Positions 42,401 through 52,849 are shown, counted from the stretch's first letter. The stretch is 64,000 bases of DNA from an uncultured Rivularia sp. (GCA_963665115.1 OY762007.1:7648001-7712000), one strand, 5' to 3'. Numbers and translations are program-made. Notes: generated by a model from the sequence alone, not told the origin.

Positions 42401-45033
42401 TGATTTTCCTTATCATTAACTAAAGATAAATTATTTTCTTCCCCACTAACTACAATCAATCTTGCTTCAATCAAAGCTTGCAAAGTAGAATCTAAAACAT
42501 TTTTATACTTATCAACTAATAAATCCGATATCGGTAAGCGACGACGGGTATCTTTATTACTATCTTCTTGCTCTTTAACTAAAAAGACTAATGACAGAAA
42601 AATTGACTGAGCGCATTCTTTTTCAGCTTCACTCAGGTTATCGTAGGTTTCCTGGGCTTTACTGCTGAGAAATTTACCCAATTTACCAATATGTTGCTGA
42701 TAATCTTTAACAGTTAATTTTCCTCGGCTGCGCTTCTGCCATAATTCTTCTAAAGCATACTGTAATAAAGGTAAACTTCCTTCTTTTAATTCTCCCAATA
42801 GAATAGCTATTAAACCATCTTCTACTTCTAAACCAACTTTTCGTGCTGGTTGAGCAATAATTTGACGGTATTGTTTATCTTCAAGACGACAAGATGCAAC
42901 TAAAACTTGAGATTTTGTAATTAAAGCAGCTAATTCGCTCATTCCCAAGCATTCATTCAGAAAATCACTTCTAAGAGTAATAATTACTTTGAAAGTATTC
43001 TTAGTTTTTTCAATTGCATCTAAAACAAGATTGAGGAAATTAACACGATCTGTTTCTGCTGTTAAGGTAAATAATTCCTCAAATTGATCGATCGCTAACA
43101 CCGATATTGATTTAGATTGTTGATTCAACCATTCCACTAAAGAATCAACTCCTAAATGTAAAACCCCTTCTAAAAAATCTGGATTATCTGGTGCTAATGT
43201 ATTGGCTAAAGCAGCTATAGGATTATCCCCTGGAAGCATCACCCAAGTTTGACAGGGTTTAAATTGTTCCGATTCCAAATCAAAAAACCCTTCGGTTAAT
43301 AATTGAGGTATAACTCCCGCTTTAACTACAGAAGATTTACCGCTACCGGAAGCACCTACTACAGGTAAGAAAGAAGTAGATTGTAATTTCTCGATAATTT
43401 CTGCAATTAATTCTTCTCTACCGTGAAAAAAGTAAGCATCATCTTGGGTAAAAGCTTTTAAACTCTTATAAGGACAAACATCAATGTCAAATATTTCATT
43501 ATAGGAACGTTGTACTTCTACTGATAACATTTCCATCACTTCAGTAGAACCCGATAACCAAATTTTAAAATTAATCTCAGGTTGAGAATTTGGCCATTCC
43601 TTTAATTGAGTAATTAATTCAGAAACCCAAAATTCTCTTGACGATTCTCCTGCTGTTTCTAATATAGTTACTAATTGACGAAGAAACTTTTTACTATTAG
43701 GTATAGAAGTACTTGCTGTAATCAAACACAGAGATTTATCTGACGACGGTTGCAAGATTTTAATTAAACTTTTACTATCCCCGCTTGTATCTAAAATATC
43801 GGCAATAATAATAATTTCTTGAACGGGAGAATCCTGTAACTGCTGACGAAGCCAATTAAAATTTATTCTAGTATCGCTACTACAAACTAATTCGTATGTT
43901 TCTGGATTGGTAGATTCAATACTTCCTGCTAAATACAACAGAACAGTTTGATTATTTTTGTTCTGTAAAGCACTTCCAATAATCTGCTGAATATTTGGCT
44001 GATGCTTATTTGCAATAAAATAGTAGTCAACTTGAAAATTTCCTTTACCTTGCAGTATTCTACATAAACTAATATCAGCTTCAGAACAAGATAACTTATC
44101 GACAATCAAAGCTTTTCTCTGAGTACAAGAGATAGCCAACCCAATAATTAATTCTCCACTACCTTTAACAATCCTTTGGGGAGTTTGAGAAGCATTTAAA
44201 GGAAGTCGCTTAACTCTTAATTTAGTAGATGATTTTTTTAATGTTCCACCCATCCCCTTAGAAAAGCTATCTTCATTTAAAGGGTTTTTCTTATATTTAA
44301 TAAATTTACTACTACTGCGCTCTACATACTTAAACAAACTGTCAGCATCAATATTTCCTTGATTATTCGCAGCTTTCCCCCGTAAACCCTCTATGAGACA
44401 GTAAGTAAATAAACCATGTTTTAATTCAGGAATTTCCCAAGAACGTTCATCTGTATTGCAGGAAAGCATTGCATAAAAATCTTGACTTTGTTGTGCTTGC
44501 TGTTCCAAAACTGCTAACAGTTTACCAGTAGGATTTTGTTTAATTCTGTTATGAAGCTGTTCTTCTCGTTCTTGACAAGCATCTAACCAAACAAGTTGAC
44601 GTTGCGCTTTACATTGCCTGAGTTCATTTAACAGAATATCTAACTTTAATCCCGTTACTGCTAAATCTTCTAAATTCGTATCTGCAACACAAAAAATTGG
44701 TCGATTATTAAAGTCTAAATAACCATGTCCAGAAAAATAGAATAAAACCGTATCTTCTGGTTTAGCCAAACTAAACTTTTCGATACTGTTAATAATTTCT
44801 GATTTGTCAGGAGGTTTTTCCCCACCATCATGAAGAGCAATAATTTCTGTTTCCTGAAACCGTTGAGTTGCTATTGCTAAAGCTTCTGCTAATTCCTGAC
44901 AGTCATTAGCGCAGTATCTAAGGTTGGGAATCCGACTATCTTGATAATGGTTTACTCCGACTAAAACTATCCAGAGTTTAGCCTTTCCTTGTTCTAACTG
45001 TTGCGTGCTAGGATTACTTGCTGTTGCTGACAT
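39460..45033 (-). CDS. Caspase (C14)-degenerate second domain-nSTAND1 NTPase-TM-WD40 protein
   Basis: FSGHG/LDACQ dyad; CPYKSL..F, GASGSGKSS, IDQFEELF, LPLLQYAL, EIAHE; TM IIGGLTGGIVAISMVAGAALW; many FSPDGQIIATAS.D..VKLWN repeats. Confidence 0.92.
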   Translation of the reverse strand: MSATASNPSTQQLEQGKAKLWIVLVGVNHYQDSRIPNLRYCANDCQELAEALAIATQRFQETEIIALHDGGEKPPDKSEIINSIEKFSLAKPEDTVLFYFSGHGYLDFNNRPIFCVADTNLEDLAVTGLKLDILLNELRQCKAQRQLVWLDACQEREEQLHNRIKQNPTGKLLAVLEQQAQQSQDFYAMLSCNTDERSWEIPELKHGLFTYCLIEGLRGKAANNQGNIDADSLFKYVERSSSKFIKYKKNPLNEDSFSKGMGGTLKKSSTKLRVKRLPLNASQTPQRIVKGSGELIIGLAISCTQRKALIVDKLSCSEADISLCRILQGKGNFQVDYYFIANKHQPNIQQIIGSALQNKNNQTVLLYLAGSIESTNPETYELVCSSDTRINFNWLRQQLQDSPVQEIIIIADILDTSGDSKSLIKILQPSSDKSLCLITASTSIPNSKKFLRQLVTILETAGESSREFWVSELITQLKEWPNSQPEINFKIWLSGSTEVMEMLSVEVQRSYNEIFDIDVCPYKSLKAFTQDDAYFFHGREELIAEIIEKLQSTSFLPVVGASGSGKSSVVKAGVIPQLLTEGFFDLESEQFKPCQTWVMLPGDNPIAALANTLAPDNPDFLEGVLHLGVDSLVEWLNQQSKSISVLAIDQFEELFTLTAETDRVNFLNLVLDAIEKTKNTFKVIITLRSDFLNECLGMSELAALITKSQVLVASCRLEDKQYRQIIAQPARKVGLEVEDGLIAILLGELKEGSLPLLQYALEELWQKRSRGKLTVKDYQQHIGKLGKFLSSKAQETYDNLSEAEKECAQSIFLSLVFLVKEQEDSNKDTRRRLPISDLLVDKYKNVLDSTLQALIEARLIVVSGEENNLSLVNDKENQQKSDLAVAAVEEETVSNQSKDKVTVEIAHEILLRDWEALKWWLEKNREKYRLIKEINQKADDWEENGKRDGFLLSKGALGKYEEFYVNYADELSVNSNQFINVSIQARDKGEKLAKRRQRQIIGGLTGGIVAISMVAGAALWQLRRATINEINALNNSSEMLINSNRLFDSIVTGVKAASKMRKVWLGVDLETRISVLGNLQNAFYRVNGVNEFNRLECHNCEINGMFFSPDDQIIATASNDNTVKLLNLDGQLLHTLEGHNGKINGIFFSPDGQIIATASDDNSVNLWNLNGQLLHTLESHNGKINGIFFSPDGQIIATASGDNSVKLWNLNGQLLHTLEGHLDSVNEIIFSPDGQIIATASGDNSVKLWNLNGQLLHTLESIYFSKFNYINLFELSDRSDRTRMVFTPDSQMLAFNVNYNTVKLWNLKDQQLQNVEIVGERFLILSPDGRTIASISEDKTVKLWNLEGQLLKEFDGLSSEIDDINEIIFSPDGQKIAAISTRDNIVQVWDFNGQVLNVIRNTYINQIAFSPDSQIMISSEDVEYRTVKLWTLKGELLYTLQDANLNNIVKNIAFSNNGQIIAFHSNEISNAIRLLRTKSQLLSTFKLVRDIAFSPDSQTIATATSFTESHRLKDYSVKLWNLKGKLLHTLKGHVNLVTDITFSPDGQIIATASYDNTVKLWNLEGQLLHTLKGHLNSVNDIIFSPDGQIIATAIDDNSVKLWNLEGKLLHTLEGISGRIKKLVFSPDSQTIAASLWDNTVKLWNLKGQSLHELNDRVNPARDITFSPNGQIIATASDDNSVKLWNLDGQLLHTLKGHLDSVNEIIFSPDGQIIATASDDNSVKLWNLNGQLLHNLDQHTRPVVDITFSPDGQIIASASWDDTIKLWNLKGRLLQTLIHQEKFPEYSVEHIVFSPDGQTIASISGFFPNEGSEDTIKLWSLNLNETMKRGCNWARGYITNNPNVSEEDRKICDGIGDE

Positions 45034-45365
45034 ATAAAACCTTCAATAATTAAGTTTTAATTAAATGTTTCTTGCAATACAAATTAAGATTCCCTGTTAA
45101 TATTTTTGAAGTACCTGTCCTATTCTCCAAACCAAAACAGTTTCAAAGATTCAATTCATTTATCTTCACTTTACAAAAAATATAAACATTATTTTTCTGT
45201 TTAAAAAGAATTTAATTATTTCTGTAACTGACTATATTATTATAATTCCCCGATGATTTCATCGAGATAAAATAAATTAACATAAATAAGAATAAATTTA
45301 AATCAACGGCAAATATTTTCTATAGTTGCTTTAGAATAAAAATCAAATACTCACTAATCCTAAAA

Positions 45366-46322
45366 ATGTCATTATTAGAAAAAGAATACTTGGAGTACAT
45401 CAGCGAACAAATTTTTACCGGCAATGTACGTCCTCATATTCAGTATTTGACTTTTATCCAACGGTTTGATCCTAATAATTACGAACTCAAAAGTATTGAT
45501 ATAGCCAAAGGATTAGAGCAGATGCACAAAGAACTAGATAAAAATTACGTATCAGGAATTAATCAGCATATTAAAGAAATAATTAAAAAAATAAACCGCG
45601 TATTTCGAGAGCAACTAGCTCGGGATGGCATTACCGAACAACAGCTTGGCTTGGGTAACAAAGGAGACTCAGGTAGGGGTAGATATACATCCGACATGAA
45701 AACTCCCTGGCAAATTGCTTATCAATGGTTGTGGGATAAATATGATTCTTGGTTGCAAGACTATATATGGAACGATTGGCAGCAAAGAGCGCAAACTAAT
45801 CTGCTTTGGATGGAATTTTGCGATATGCAAAGCATCAAGCCGGAGGCTTATCGCCCTTCTGAATATGCTTGCAAAGGAATGAAAATTCCCCAACCTTTAC
45901 CTAAAGAAAGTCTTCCTATTAATACTCCATTGAGCTTAAAAATAAATCTTGATAATTCGGGAAGTTATCTACTATTATTCAATCGGGGATTAGATATTCA
46001 AAGTAATGCAACCAAAAATTTAGTTATACCTTCTCAAGCTTTTGCTCCTAATTATCAATTCACTCAGAAAAGTACTTTGATACCTTTACAAGATGCAATG
46101 TGCGATGATATTGTCTTTGATACGGTTGGCAAAGAAGAATATATCGGAATTGTCATCGATAAAGCTTTAAATTTACCTTGGCTAAATCCCAATCCAGAGA
46201 AACCTGTTGTGCAATGGCAAGGTAAGCATTTAGAACAAGTGTGGGAACAGCTACAGGCTCAAGATAATTGGCGTGTTTTCTATCGAGATTTTAATGTTGT
46301 ATCTACAAATATTAACTCTTAA
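45366..46322 (+). CDS. Protein with possible N-terminal HTH-like region and C-terminal DUF4384-like domain
   Basis: LSLKIN...YLLLFN...P...GKEEYIGIV pattern; divergent from the caspase gene. Confidence 0.55.
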   Translation: MSLLEKEYLEYISEQIFTGNVRPHIQYLTFIQRFDPNNYELKSIDIAKGLEQMHKELDKNYVSGINQHIKEIIKKINRVFREQLARDGITEQQLGLGNKGDSGRGRYTSDMKTPWQIAYQWLWDKYDSWLQDYIWNDWQQRAQTNLLWMEFCDMQSIKPEAYRPSEYACKGMKIPQPLPKESLPINTPLSLKINLDNSGSYLLLFNRGLDIQSNATKNLVIPSQAFAPNYQFTQKSTLIPLQDAMCDDIVFDTVGKEEYIGIVIDKALNLPWLNPNPEKPVVQWQGKHLEQVWEQLQAQDNWRVFYRDFNVVSTNINS

Positions 46323-46333
46323 CTGCTCACTGC

Positions 46334-47468
46334 TCACTGTTCACTGCTCACTGTTTCAAATTTCCTCGATGCGAGGGACATTGAATAACAAAATACCCAG
46401 TAAATTAAACCGATAAATAAATAAACTTCTGCATAACGACCCTAAAAATTGCGGTTGAGCTAATATCGTTCTGGCAATTCCGGTTAATTCGAGCAATCCT
46501 ACTAAAGATAGTAAGGAAGTATCTTTGAAAAGTCCGATAAATTGACCGACAATTGTCGGAATCACTGCACGTAAGGCTTGCGGCAATACAATTAACAATA
46601 AGACTAAAGCTGGATTTAATCCCAAAACTTTGGCTGCTTCAACTTGTCCCCTTGGTACCGATTGCAATCCTCCTCTAACATTTTCTGCCATGTAAGCAGC
46701 ACTAAATAATATTAATCCAGCCACACCACGCAATACTCTATCTAAACGAATTGGTAAAAATAACGGCAGCATTACTTGAGCTAAAAACAAAATTCCAATT
46801 AATGGTAATCCCCGGATTATTTCAATATAAAGGATCGAAAACCATTTAACTACAGGTAAATCGCTGGTGCGTCCTAAAGCTAGTAAAATTCCGATGGGGA
46901 AGGATAGTACAATACTGATTGCTGCCATTAACAAAGTCAAAAGCAAACCATTCCAATCAGAACTAGATACCGATCGCAACCCCAATCCACCACCAATTAG
47001 CCATAAAATAATCGGGAAAGATAATAGCCATGCAAAAGCTAAATATGGTGATATTAATTTAGATAATTTTTTCCCCAGCCAAAAACTAATAAATCCTGAA
47101 AATCCGATACCCAGTAATAATAAACGAGAGCTTAAATCGACAGGTAAGACAATTAATAAAAAACTGAATAAAAAAGCTGTAGTTATTAGAGTTATTTTTG
47201 GTAAATTTTCTTTTGTTGAGAATACACCCAAAGTTAAACAAGTCAGTATAGAAGCAATTAAAGCTGAAATCCAAACTCGCCAATACGAAGATTGTGGATA
47301 TCTACCAACCATAAATATACGTAAATTAGCTTCAACAACTTCCCATTGTGCTTGAGTAAATATCCAGTCAATTAAATTCCATCCAAAGAAAAAGATAATC
47401 GCTAAACAAATTATCGTAAATAAACTGTTGTACCAAGTGCTAAATAAATTCTTACGAAGCCAAATCAT
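46334..47468 (-). CDS. natH: Amino acid ABC permease (NatH/AapM-like), frameshift at ~46441
   Basis: WLRKNLFS, RGLPLI, AENVRGG, FKDTSL; removing one G gives FLGRYAEVYLF to TGA at 46334. Confidence 0.85.
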
Positions 47469-47609
47469 AATTTAGTTAGGAGTTAGGAATTAGGAATTAG
47501 GAGTTAAGAATTAGGAGTTAAGAATTAGGAATTAGGAATTATTATACCTTTGACCTTCATGAGTTATTATACCTTTGACCTTTGACCTCTAACCTTTAAC
47601 CTTACCTCC

Positions 47610-48536
47610 CTATCTTTCTTTAATTTGAACTGCTCTATTAAACAAGTTCATCACAGCCGAAATAGTTAAACTAAAAGTTAAATAGGTAAGCATGATTAAC
47701 AACATTACCTCTACTGCTTTCCCGGTTTGGTTAAAGGTAGTGGAAGCAACAAAATAAATATCGGGATAACCAATGGCGATCGCTAAGCTTGAGTTTTTCG
47801 TTAAGTTTAAATACTGACTTGTTAAAGGTGGAATAATTACCCGTAATGCTTGAGGGAATATCACCAATCGCATAATTAAACCGGGTTTCAAGCCCAACGA
47901 ACGCGCTGCTTCCCATTGTCCTTTTGATACCGATTGAATTCCACCGCGAACTATTTCGGCTATGAATGAACCCGTATAAAATACTAAACCAATTAATAAA
48001 GCTGCGAATTCTGAAGAAAATTTAATTCCAAGAATTTCTAAACCACCTTGACTGAGATAAATTAATCCTCCCAGGGAGATTTTATTATTTACATTGGGAA
48101 AACTGAGAAAAACCGCAGAATACCAAAATAGTAATTGTAAAAGTAGTGGTGTATTGCGAAATATCTCTACATAAACTAAAGCTATATTCCGTACCAACCA
48201 GTTATCGGAAAGTCTGGCGATTCCCGCACTTATTCCCACAATAGTAGTAAGAATAATTCCCGCTACAGCAACTCGTAAAGTATTTATTAAACCCACCCAT
48301 AAAGCACGGCTATAAGCATCGGTAGGTTGATAATTAATCGGAGTTTCACCAATATCAAAAGATGCTTCCTGTTGCAAAAAATCAAATCCGAATTGAATCC
48401 CTAATTGCTGTAAATTACGACTAACGTTAACAAATAAAATACTGACAATCGTTATCGCTAAGATTACAGCAATCACTTGTGTTGCAATGCGCCAAAAACG
48501 GGTATCTCGCCAAAATGGCGGTTTTGAAAAAGTCAT
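47610..48536 (-). CDS. natG: Amino acid ABC permease (NatG/AapQ-like)
   Basis: RNTPLLLQL, AEIVRGGI, KNSSLA. Confidence 0.88.
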   Translation of the reverse strand: MTFSKPPFWRDTRFWRIATQVIAVILAITIVSILFVNVSRNLQQLGIQFGFDFLQQEASFDIGETPINYQPTDAYSRALWVGLINTLRVAVAGIILTTIVGISAGIARLSDNWLVRNIALVYVEIFRNTPLLLQLLFWYSAVFLSFPNVNNKISLGGLIYLSQGGLEILGIKFSSEFAALLIGLVFYTGSFIAEIVRGGIQSVSKGQWEAARSLGLKPGLIMRLVIFPQALRVIIPPLTSQYLNLTKNSSLAIAIGYPDIYFVASTTFNQTGKAVEVMLLIMLTYLTFSLTISAVMNLFNRAVQIKER

Positions 48537-48699
48537 TTATCAGTTACAGAGATTTACATTTCAATACATGAACGCAATTAAGTTAGGTCTAAGAGGTTTT
48601 ATTTTTATAAAGTTATGAAAACAAACGTTCATCGAATTCATAAATTTGGAAATACGTACTGTAACTATAATAAGAACCTTAAAAATATAGGATATTTTC

Positions 48700-48903
48700 A
48701 TGGAACCAGTAAGCTTATGGGAGTGGTTTTGGCTGATTCTACTTTTTGCTATCCCTGGGGTAAATCTGATTACTATGATCGTGTGTGCTTGTGGAGTTGG
48801 TAATCCGAGTGTAGTTAATTATTGTCGAGCTTGCTTCACGTGGTTTTTAGTAGGTTTGGGATTGGTAATATTGCTATCGATTATACGTACAATGATTCAA
48901 TAA
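48700..48903 (+). CDS. Small two-TM membrane protein
   Basis: PVSL.EW....LL.AIPGVNLI...N.S..NYCRA; AGGA RBS. Confidence 0.6.
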   Translation: MEPVSLWEWFWLILLFAIPGVNLITMIVCACGVGNPSVVNYCRACFTWFLVGLGLVILLSIIRTMIQ

Positions 48904-48911
48904 TTTTTCCA

Positions 48912-49955
48912 TTACCGGAATGGTGGAGAATACAATAATCCACCTTTTGTCCAAGGTTGATTGCGATTGTCGCGGGGTAGATTCAATTTGGTTTTGGGGC
49001 CGAGATTTCTTTCATAGATTTCGCCGTAGTTTCCAACGTGTTTAATTATTCTGGCTCCGAAGTCTTTTGGTAAACCGATTCCTTCTCCTAAATCTCCTTC
49101 AACTCCTAATAGGCGCTTAACTTCTGGATCTTTACTAGTCGTTTTCAACTGTTCTACATTCTGAGAATTCACTCCTAATTCTTCAGCTTTAATAACTGCA
49201 TTTACTACCCATCTCACGGTATCACCCCATTTTGCATCTCCGTCTGCGACTGCTGGTGTGAGGGGTTCTTGCGATAAGGCTTCTTCTAAAATTATGTGGT
49301 CTTCTGGTTTTGGTAAAGTGGTACGTCGAGAAATTAATTGGGATTTGTCGGATGTAATCGCAGCGCAACGTCCCTGTTGATAGGTAGCGTATGTAGTATT
49401 AACGTCTTCAAACACTACAGGTTTATACGTAATACCACGTTTTCGCATTTGGTCTGCTAAGTTTTGTTCGTTGGTGGTTCCGGTTTGGGTGCAGATTGCT
49501 TTTTCTTTTAAGTCTTCTAAAGATTTTATATTACTATCTTTGCGTACCATCATCCCTTGACCGTCGTAAAATACTACGGGTGCGAAGTTTAAACCCACGG
49601 AAGTATCGCGACTCATCGTCCAGGTGGTGTTACGGCTGAGTAGATCGACTTCTCCAGTTTGAACTGCGGTAAATCGTTCTTTAGCGTTGAGTTGACGGAA
49701 TTCTACAGCATTTGGATCGTCGAACAATGCAGCTGCAACGGCGCGACATACATCTACATCAAGTCCGCTATATTCACCGCTACTATCTACAAAACTGAAT
49801 CCCGGTAGTTGTCCGCTGACACCACAAATTAGCTGTTTGCGGTTGTTGACTGTACTTAAACGGGCGTTGTTATTTTCTGCCGAGGGTTCCGCAACGCAGG
49901 AAGATATGGAAAGTAAAACGGGTAAGGATAAAAGTAAAAGTTTGAATTTACGCAT
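48912..49955 (-). CDS. natF: Amino acid ABC substrate-binding lipoprotein (NatF/AapJ-like)
   Basis: Lipobox ISSC; CGVSG.LPGFS, SRNTTWT, FYDGQG, GNYGEIYERN, GGLLYSPPFR. Confidence 0.9.
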   Translation of the reverse strand: MRKFKLLLLSLPVLLSISSCVAEPSAENNNARLSTVNNRKQLICGVSGQLPGFSFVDSSGEYSGLDVDVCRAVAAALFDDPNAVEFRQLNAKERFTAVQTGEVDLLSRNTTWTMSRDTSVGLNFAPVVFYDGQGMMVRKDSNIKSLEDLKEKAICTQTGTTNEQNLADQMRKRGITYKPVVFEDVNTTYATYQQGRCAAITSDKSQLISRRTTLPKPEDHIILEEALSQEPLTPAVADGDAKWGDTVRWVVNAVIKAEELGVNSQNVEQLKTTSKDPEVKRLLGVEGDLGEGIGLPKDFGARIIKHVGNYGEIYERNLGPKTKLNLPRDNRNQPWTKGGLLYSPPFR

Positions 49956-50289
49956 GAATTGTTTATATACCGTGGATATTGCTTAGTAAACAATATCAGA
50001 TAGTTCTGAAGTCGGTAAATTCTCTTTTATGCAATATTTTTTCTTGTAGTGGAAGGTTAAGAAAGAAAACCGTAGAGACGCGCTCGTTCCTTGAGGGAAG
50101 AGGTGAGGAGAGATATTTAATTTGACCTAGTTACTTACCAATTTCCGTTACAACCCAAAATAAAAGACGTAAAATTTTACGTCTCTACCTACCGGAATTT
50201 ATCTTATTACCATTCCGGTAGCTGCTAGGTTTAAATTTGTCGGGAATAGTTTTGCATTAAAGTTAATCAAAATTCTACCCCCTCTCTCC

Positions 50290-52077
50290 CTACTTCCCCA
50301 ATTTCTTACCCAAGGTTTCCGAAATCCCAAGATTCAACAACATTCCGCGCATTTCACCTTTAGAATCGGCATTTTGAGTTGTTAAACTTTGAAATTCCCT
50401 ACTTGGCGATCGCTGACTATCCAAGCTACCGTTAGTATCCTTGTCCCGATTCAAAGATGCTGCAAATTTATCGTACAACTCCCCATTAGCAGCAAAGCAA
50501 AAGGCTAATTCTTGTCCAACTTCTTGTAATTTCTTTGGTAATTCCGTTTGATTAGTTTGCAATAACTCGGCAAGATTCGAGTTTAAGGAATTTACATCTT
50601 CTTCTACTTCCGACTCAAACATATGAGCAAACGTATCCAATTCCCCACTTTCTACTAAGGTATGTTGCTGTAATGCAAAAGCTGGCGGAATTACCGACCG
50701 ATTTACGTTATCTGGTAAAGGTGCATCTAACAACTTTGCAGCATTCACAATCCCCGCACCATATCTTCTCGGCTTCCAATTGGGAGGAACATCACAAGTC
50801 TCTCGCAGCAACTGATTGAAAATAAACGGAATCTTCTCCGCACCATAACGACGAACTAAATTATCTCTACCGTGATACGACAACCATAATGCTGCCACAC
50901 CCGTGACTAATGGTGTAGACAACGAAGTTCCAGAACCCTGCTTAATCTTATATTTTAATTCGCCTTCTTCCTTCACAGTTCTCGCATACCATACCCCTTT
51001 CCCCGGTGCTAAAACATCAACTTTTCTACCACGCGGAGAACCGAACCAAATCTTACGGTTAACCGTACTACCCCCGACCGCTATGACTTCATCGTAAGCA
51101 GCGGGAAATACCACAAATGGAGTCCAGGTACCAGATGCAGCAATGATTATTACACCCCGCTTTTGAGCGTAAAGGATTGCAGTCCGCAGTCGCTTATTAT
51201 AAAAACCCGCTCCTAACGAAATAGAAATTATATGAAAACCTTTATCAGTCGCATACTCAATTGCTTTGGCTAAATTACGATTGCTCAAAAGTATCACCGA
51301 ATAAGATACTCGCAACGGCACCAACTTTGCACCGGGAGCTATACCTGTAACGTACTTGCCATCCCGATAATTACCTTGCGCTTTTGGCGGACTTACCATC
51401 ACGCTTGCAGCTAAAGTACCGTGCCCAGGATTATTTACTAATTCAGCATCCGACTTTTCCAAAGGATCGGTTTCATCTTCGTCACAATCAACAAAATCAT
51501 AACCTTCGGAAAGCAGCAAATTATCGGCAATTTCCGGATGTGTCGTATATCCAGTATCGGGATGAGCAATAATTACTCCATTTCCCGGTAACTTATTCGC
51601 ATCGGGGAAATACTTCTGCCAAGCTTGAAAAACTTTTAATTCCTGCAAAACCCAATCGACATCATCAGTTGAAAGTCCAGTTTCAACACCCTTTCCACCG
51701 GAAAATATATCTAACAAACTGTTTAAAAATGAAAAAATCACATCCCAAAGAGATTTAGATTCTCCCCTATCTGCTTTCTGCTCCCTTTCTACCTGCTTAA
51801 CTTCCCTTACCGGAACGGCAAATAACGGCTCTACATCAACTACACCAGGTTGCGATCGCAATTCATAAGTCTTATCCCAAGCTTGCTTTACCGATAGCGC
51901 ATCATCATGAAGGAAAATTTCAAATTCGGTAAAGTTGTCACCAATCGCTTTAATATCCCAATCTTCACCAAGTATCTCAGAAACAACCTCGCGACACCTA
52001 TCTTGCAACTCAGGCATCACCATCTCGATAAAAAAGCCTTCAAATCTGGGTTTTAACGTATTGTTGCTGGAAATCAT
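50290..52077 (-). CDS. S8 subtilisin-family serine peptidase
   Basis: Triad motifs HPDTG, HGT, GTSLS; no signal peptide. Confidence 0.88.
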   Translation of the reverse strand: MISSNNTLKPRFEGFFIEMVMPELQDRCREVVSEILGEDWDIKAIGDNFTEFEIFLHDDALSVKQAWDKTYELRSQPGVVDVEPLFAVPVREVKQVEREQKADRGESKSLWDVIFSFLNSLLDIFSGGKGVETGLSTDDVDWVLQELKVFQAWQKYFPDANKLPGNGVIIAHPDTGYTTHPEIADNLLLSEGYDFVDCDEDETDPLEKSDAELVNNPGHGTLAASVMVSPPKAQGNYRDGKYVTGIAPGAKLVPLRVSYSVILLSNRNLAKAIEYATDKGFHIISISLGAGFYNKRLRTAILYAQKRGVIIIAASGTWTPFVVFPAAYDEVIAVGGSTVNRKIWFGSPRGRKVDVLAPGKGVWYARTVKEEGELKYKIKQGSGTSLSTPLVTGVAALWLSYHGRDNLVRRYGAEKIPFIFNQLLRETCDVPPNWKPRRYGAGIVNAAKLLDAPLPDNVNRSVIPPAFALQQHTLVESGELDTFAHMFESEVEEDVNSLNSNLAELLQTNQTELPKKLQEVGQELAFCFAANGELYDKFAASLNRDKDTNGSLDSQRSPSREFQSLTTQNADSKGEMRGMLLNLGISETLGKKLGK

Positions 52078-52461
52078 AAATTTTTTTTAATCAATAGTAT
52101 TACTTTCTATATCTACCAAGTTATAAGTATCTGTTTACGGAAACTCGTAACTTGTACGTAATACTATAAATTTTAGATAGATACCCGTCATAGTGAGTTA
52201 GCTGCATTCACGGTGGAAAAGGGATTTTATTTATTTAATATTTATTTACAATTTTCCGGCTTCAGATATTACATTCATAGTTGCGAATAATTTGGCAATC
52301 TGACATTTTTAAAACTATAGCGGCATAGTTTTCAGGGTGAATTATGATTGGAACAAAAGAAGCTGACCAATACCTTAATTCTTAAAGACAGAGTTTATAA
52401 ATGCTCAAACTGCGGTTTGGAGATAGATAGAGATTTAAACGCATCATTAAATCTCGCAAAA

Positions 52462-52571
52462 CTAGTAGTCCTTTTCATTTGTTTTGACGGGTTGTAGAGA
52501 CGTTATACATAACGTCTCCCGAAGGTTACGGGAAAAACGAACCCTTCAGAATTTATGCAATCAACTACTAA
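52462..52571. mobile_element. MITE-like element, family A
   Basis: CTAGTAGTCCTTTTCATT...ATGCAATCAACTACTA with central GAGACGTTATACATAACGTCTC palindrome. Confidence 0.75.
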
Positions 52572-52849
52572 CCTCAAAATAAATAGAAAAAATGTAGGTC
52601 GGCTCAAACCTTCTAAGCCTGTGGATGGATAGCTGCTCCCACGCTCTGGTAGAAACAGCAAGTAAAAGTTTAAGCGTCACAAATTGTCCATCTTTTACAG
52701 AGCAGTTTCTAAAGCATTTAACAATATCTATGTTAATAGTTACGTAATTAAAATAACACTTAGAATATTTATGTACTAAGAGTTCAAGCAGGAAGTTTAG
52801 GATGTATTTTGGAAGATTTTCAATCCAAAATCCAAAATCCAAAATCATT

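Noticed and set aside
46867..47355. Assorted short antisense ORFs in the track (e.g. this one, 788-1156, 12083-12370)
   Set aside because: Fully overlap well-supported genes on the opposite strand and have no recognisable motifs
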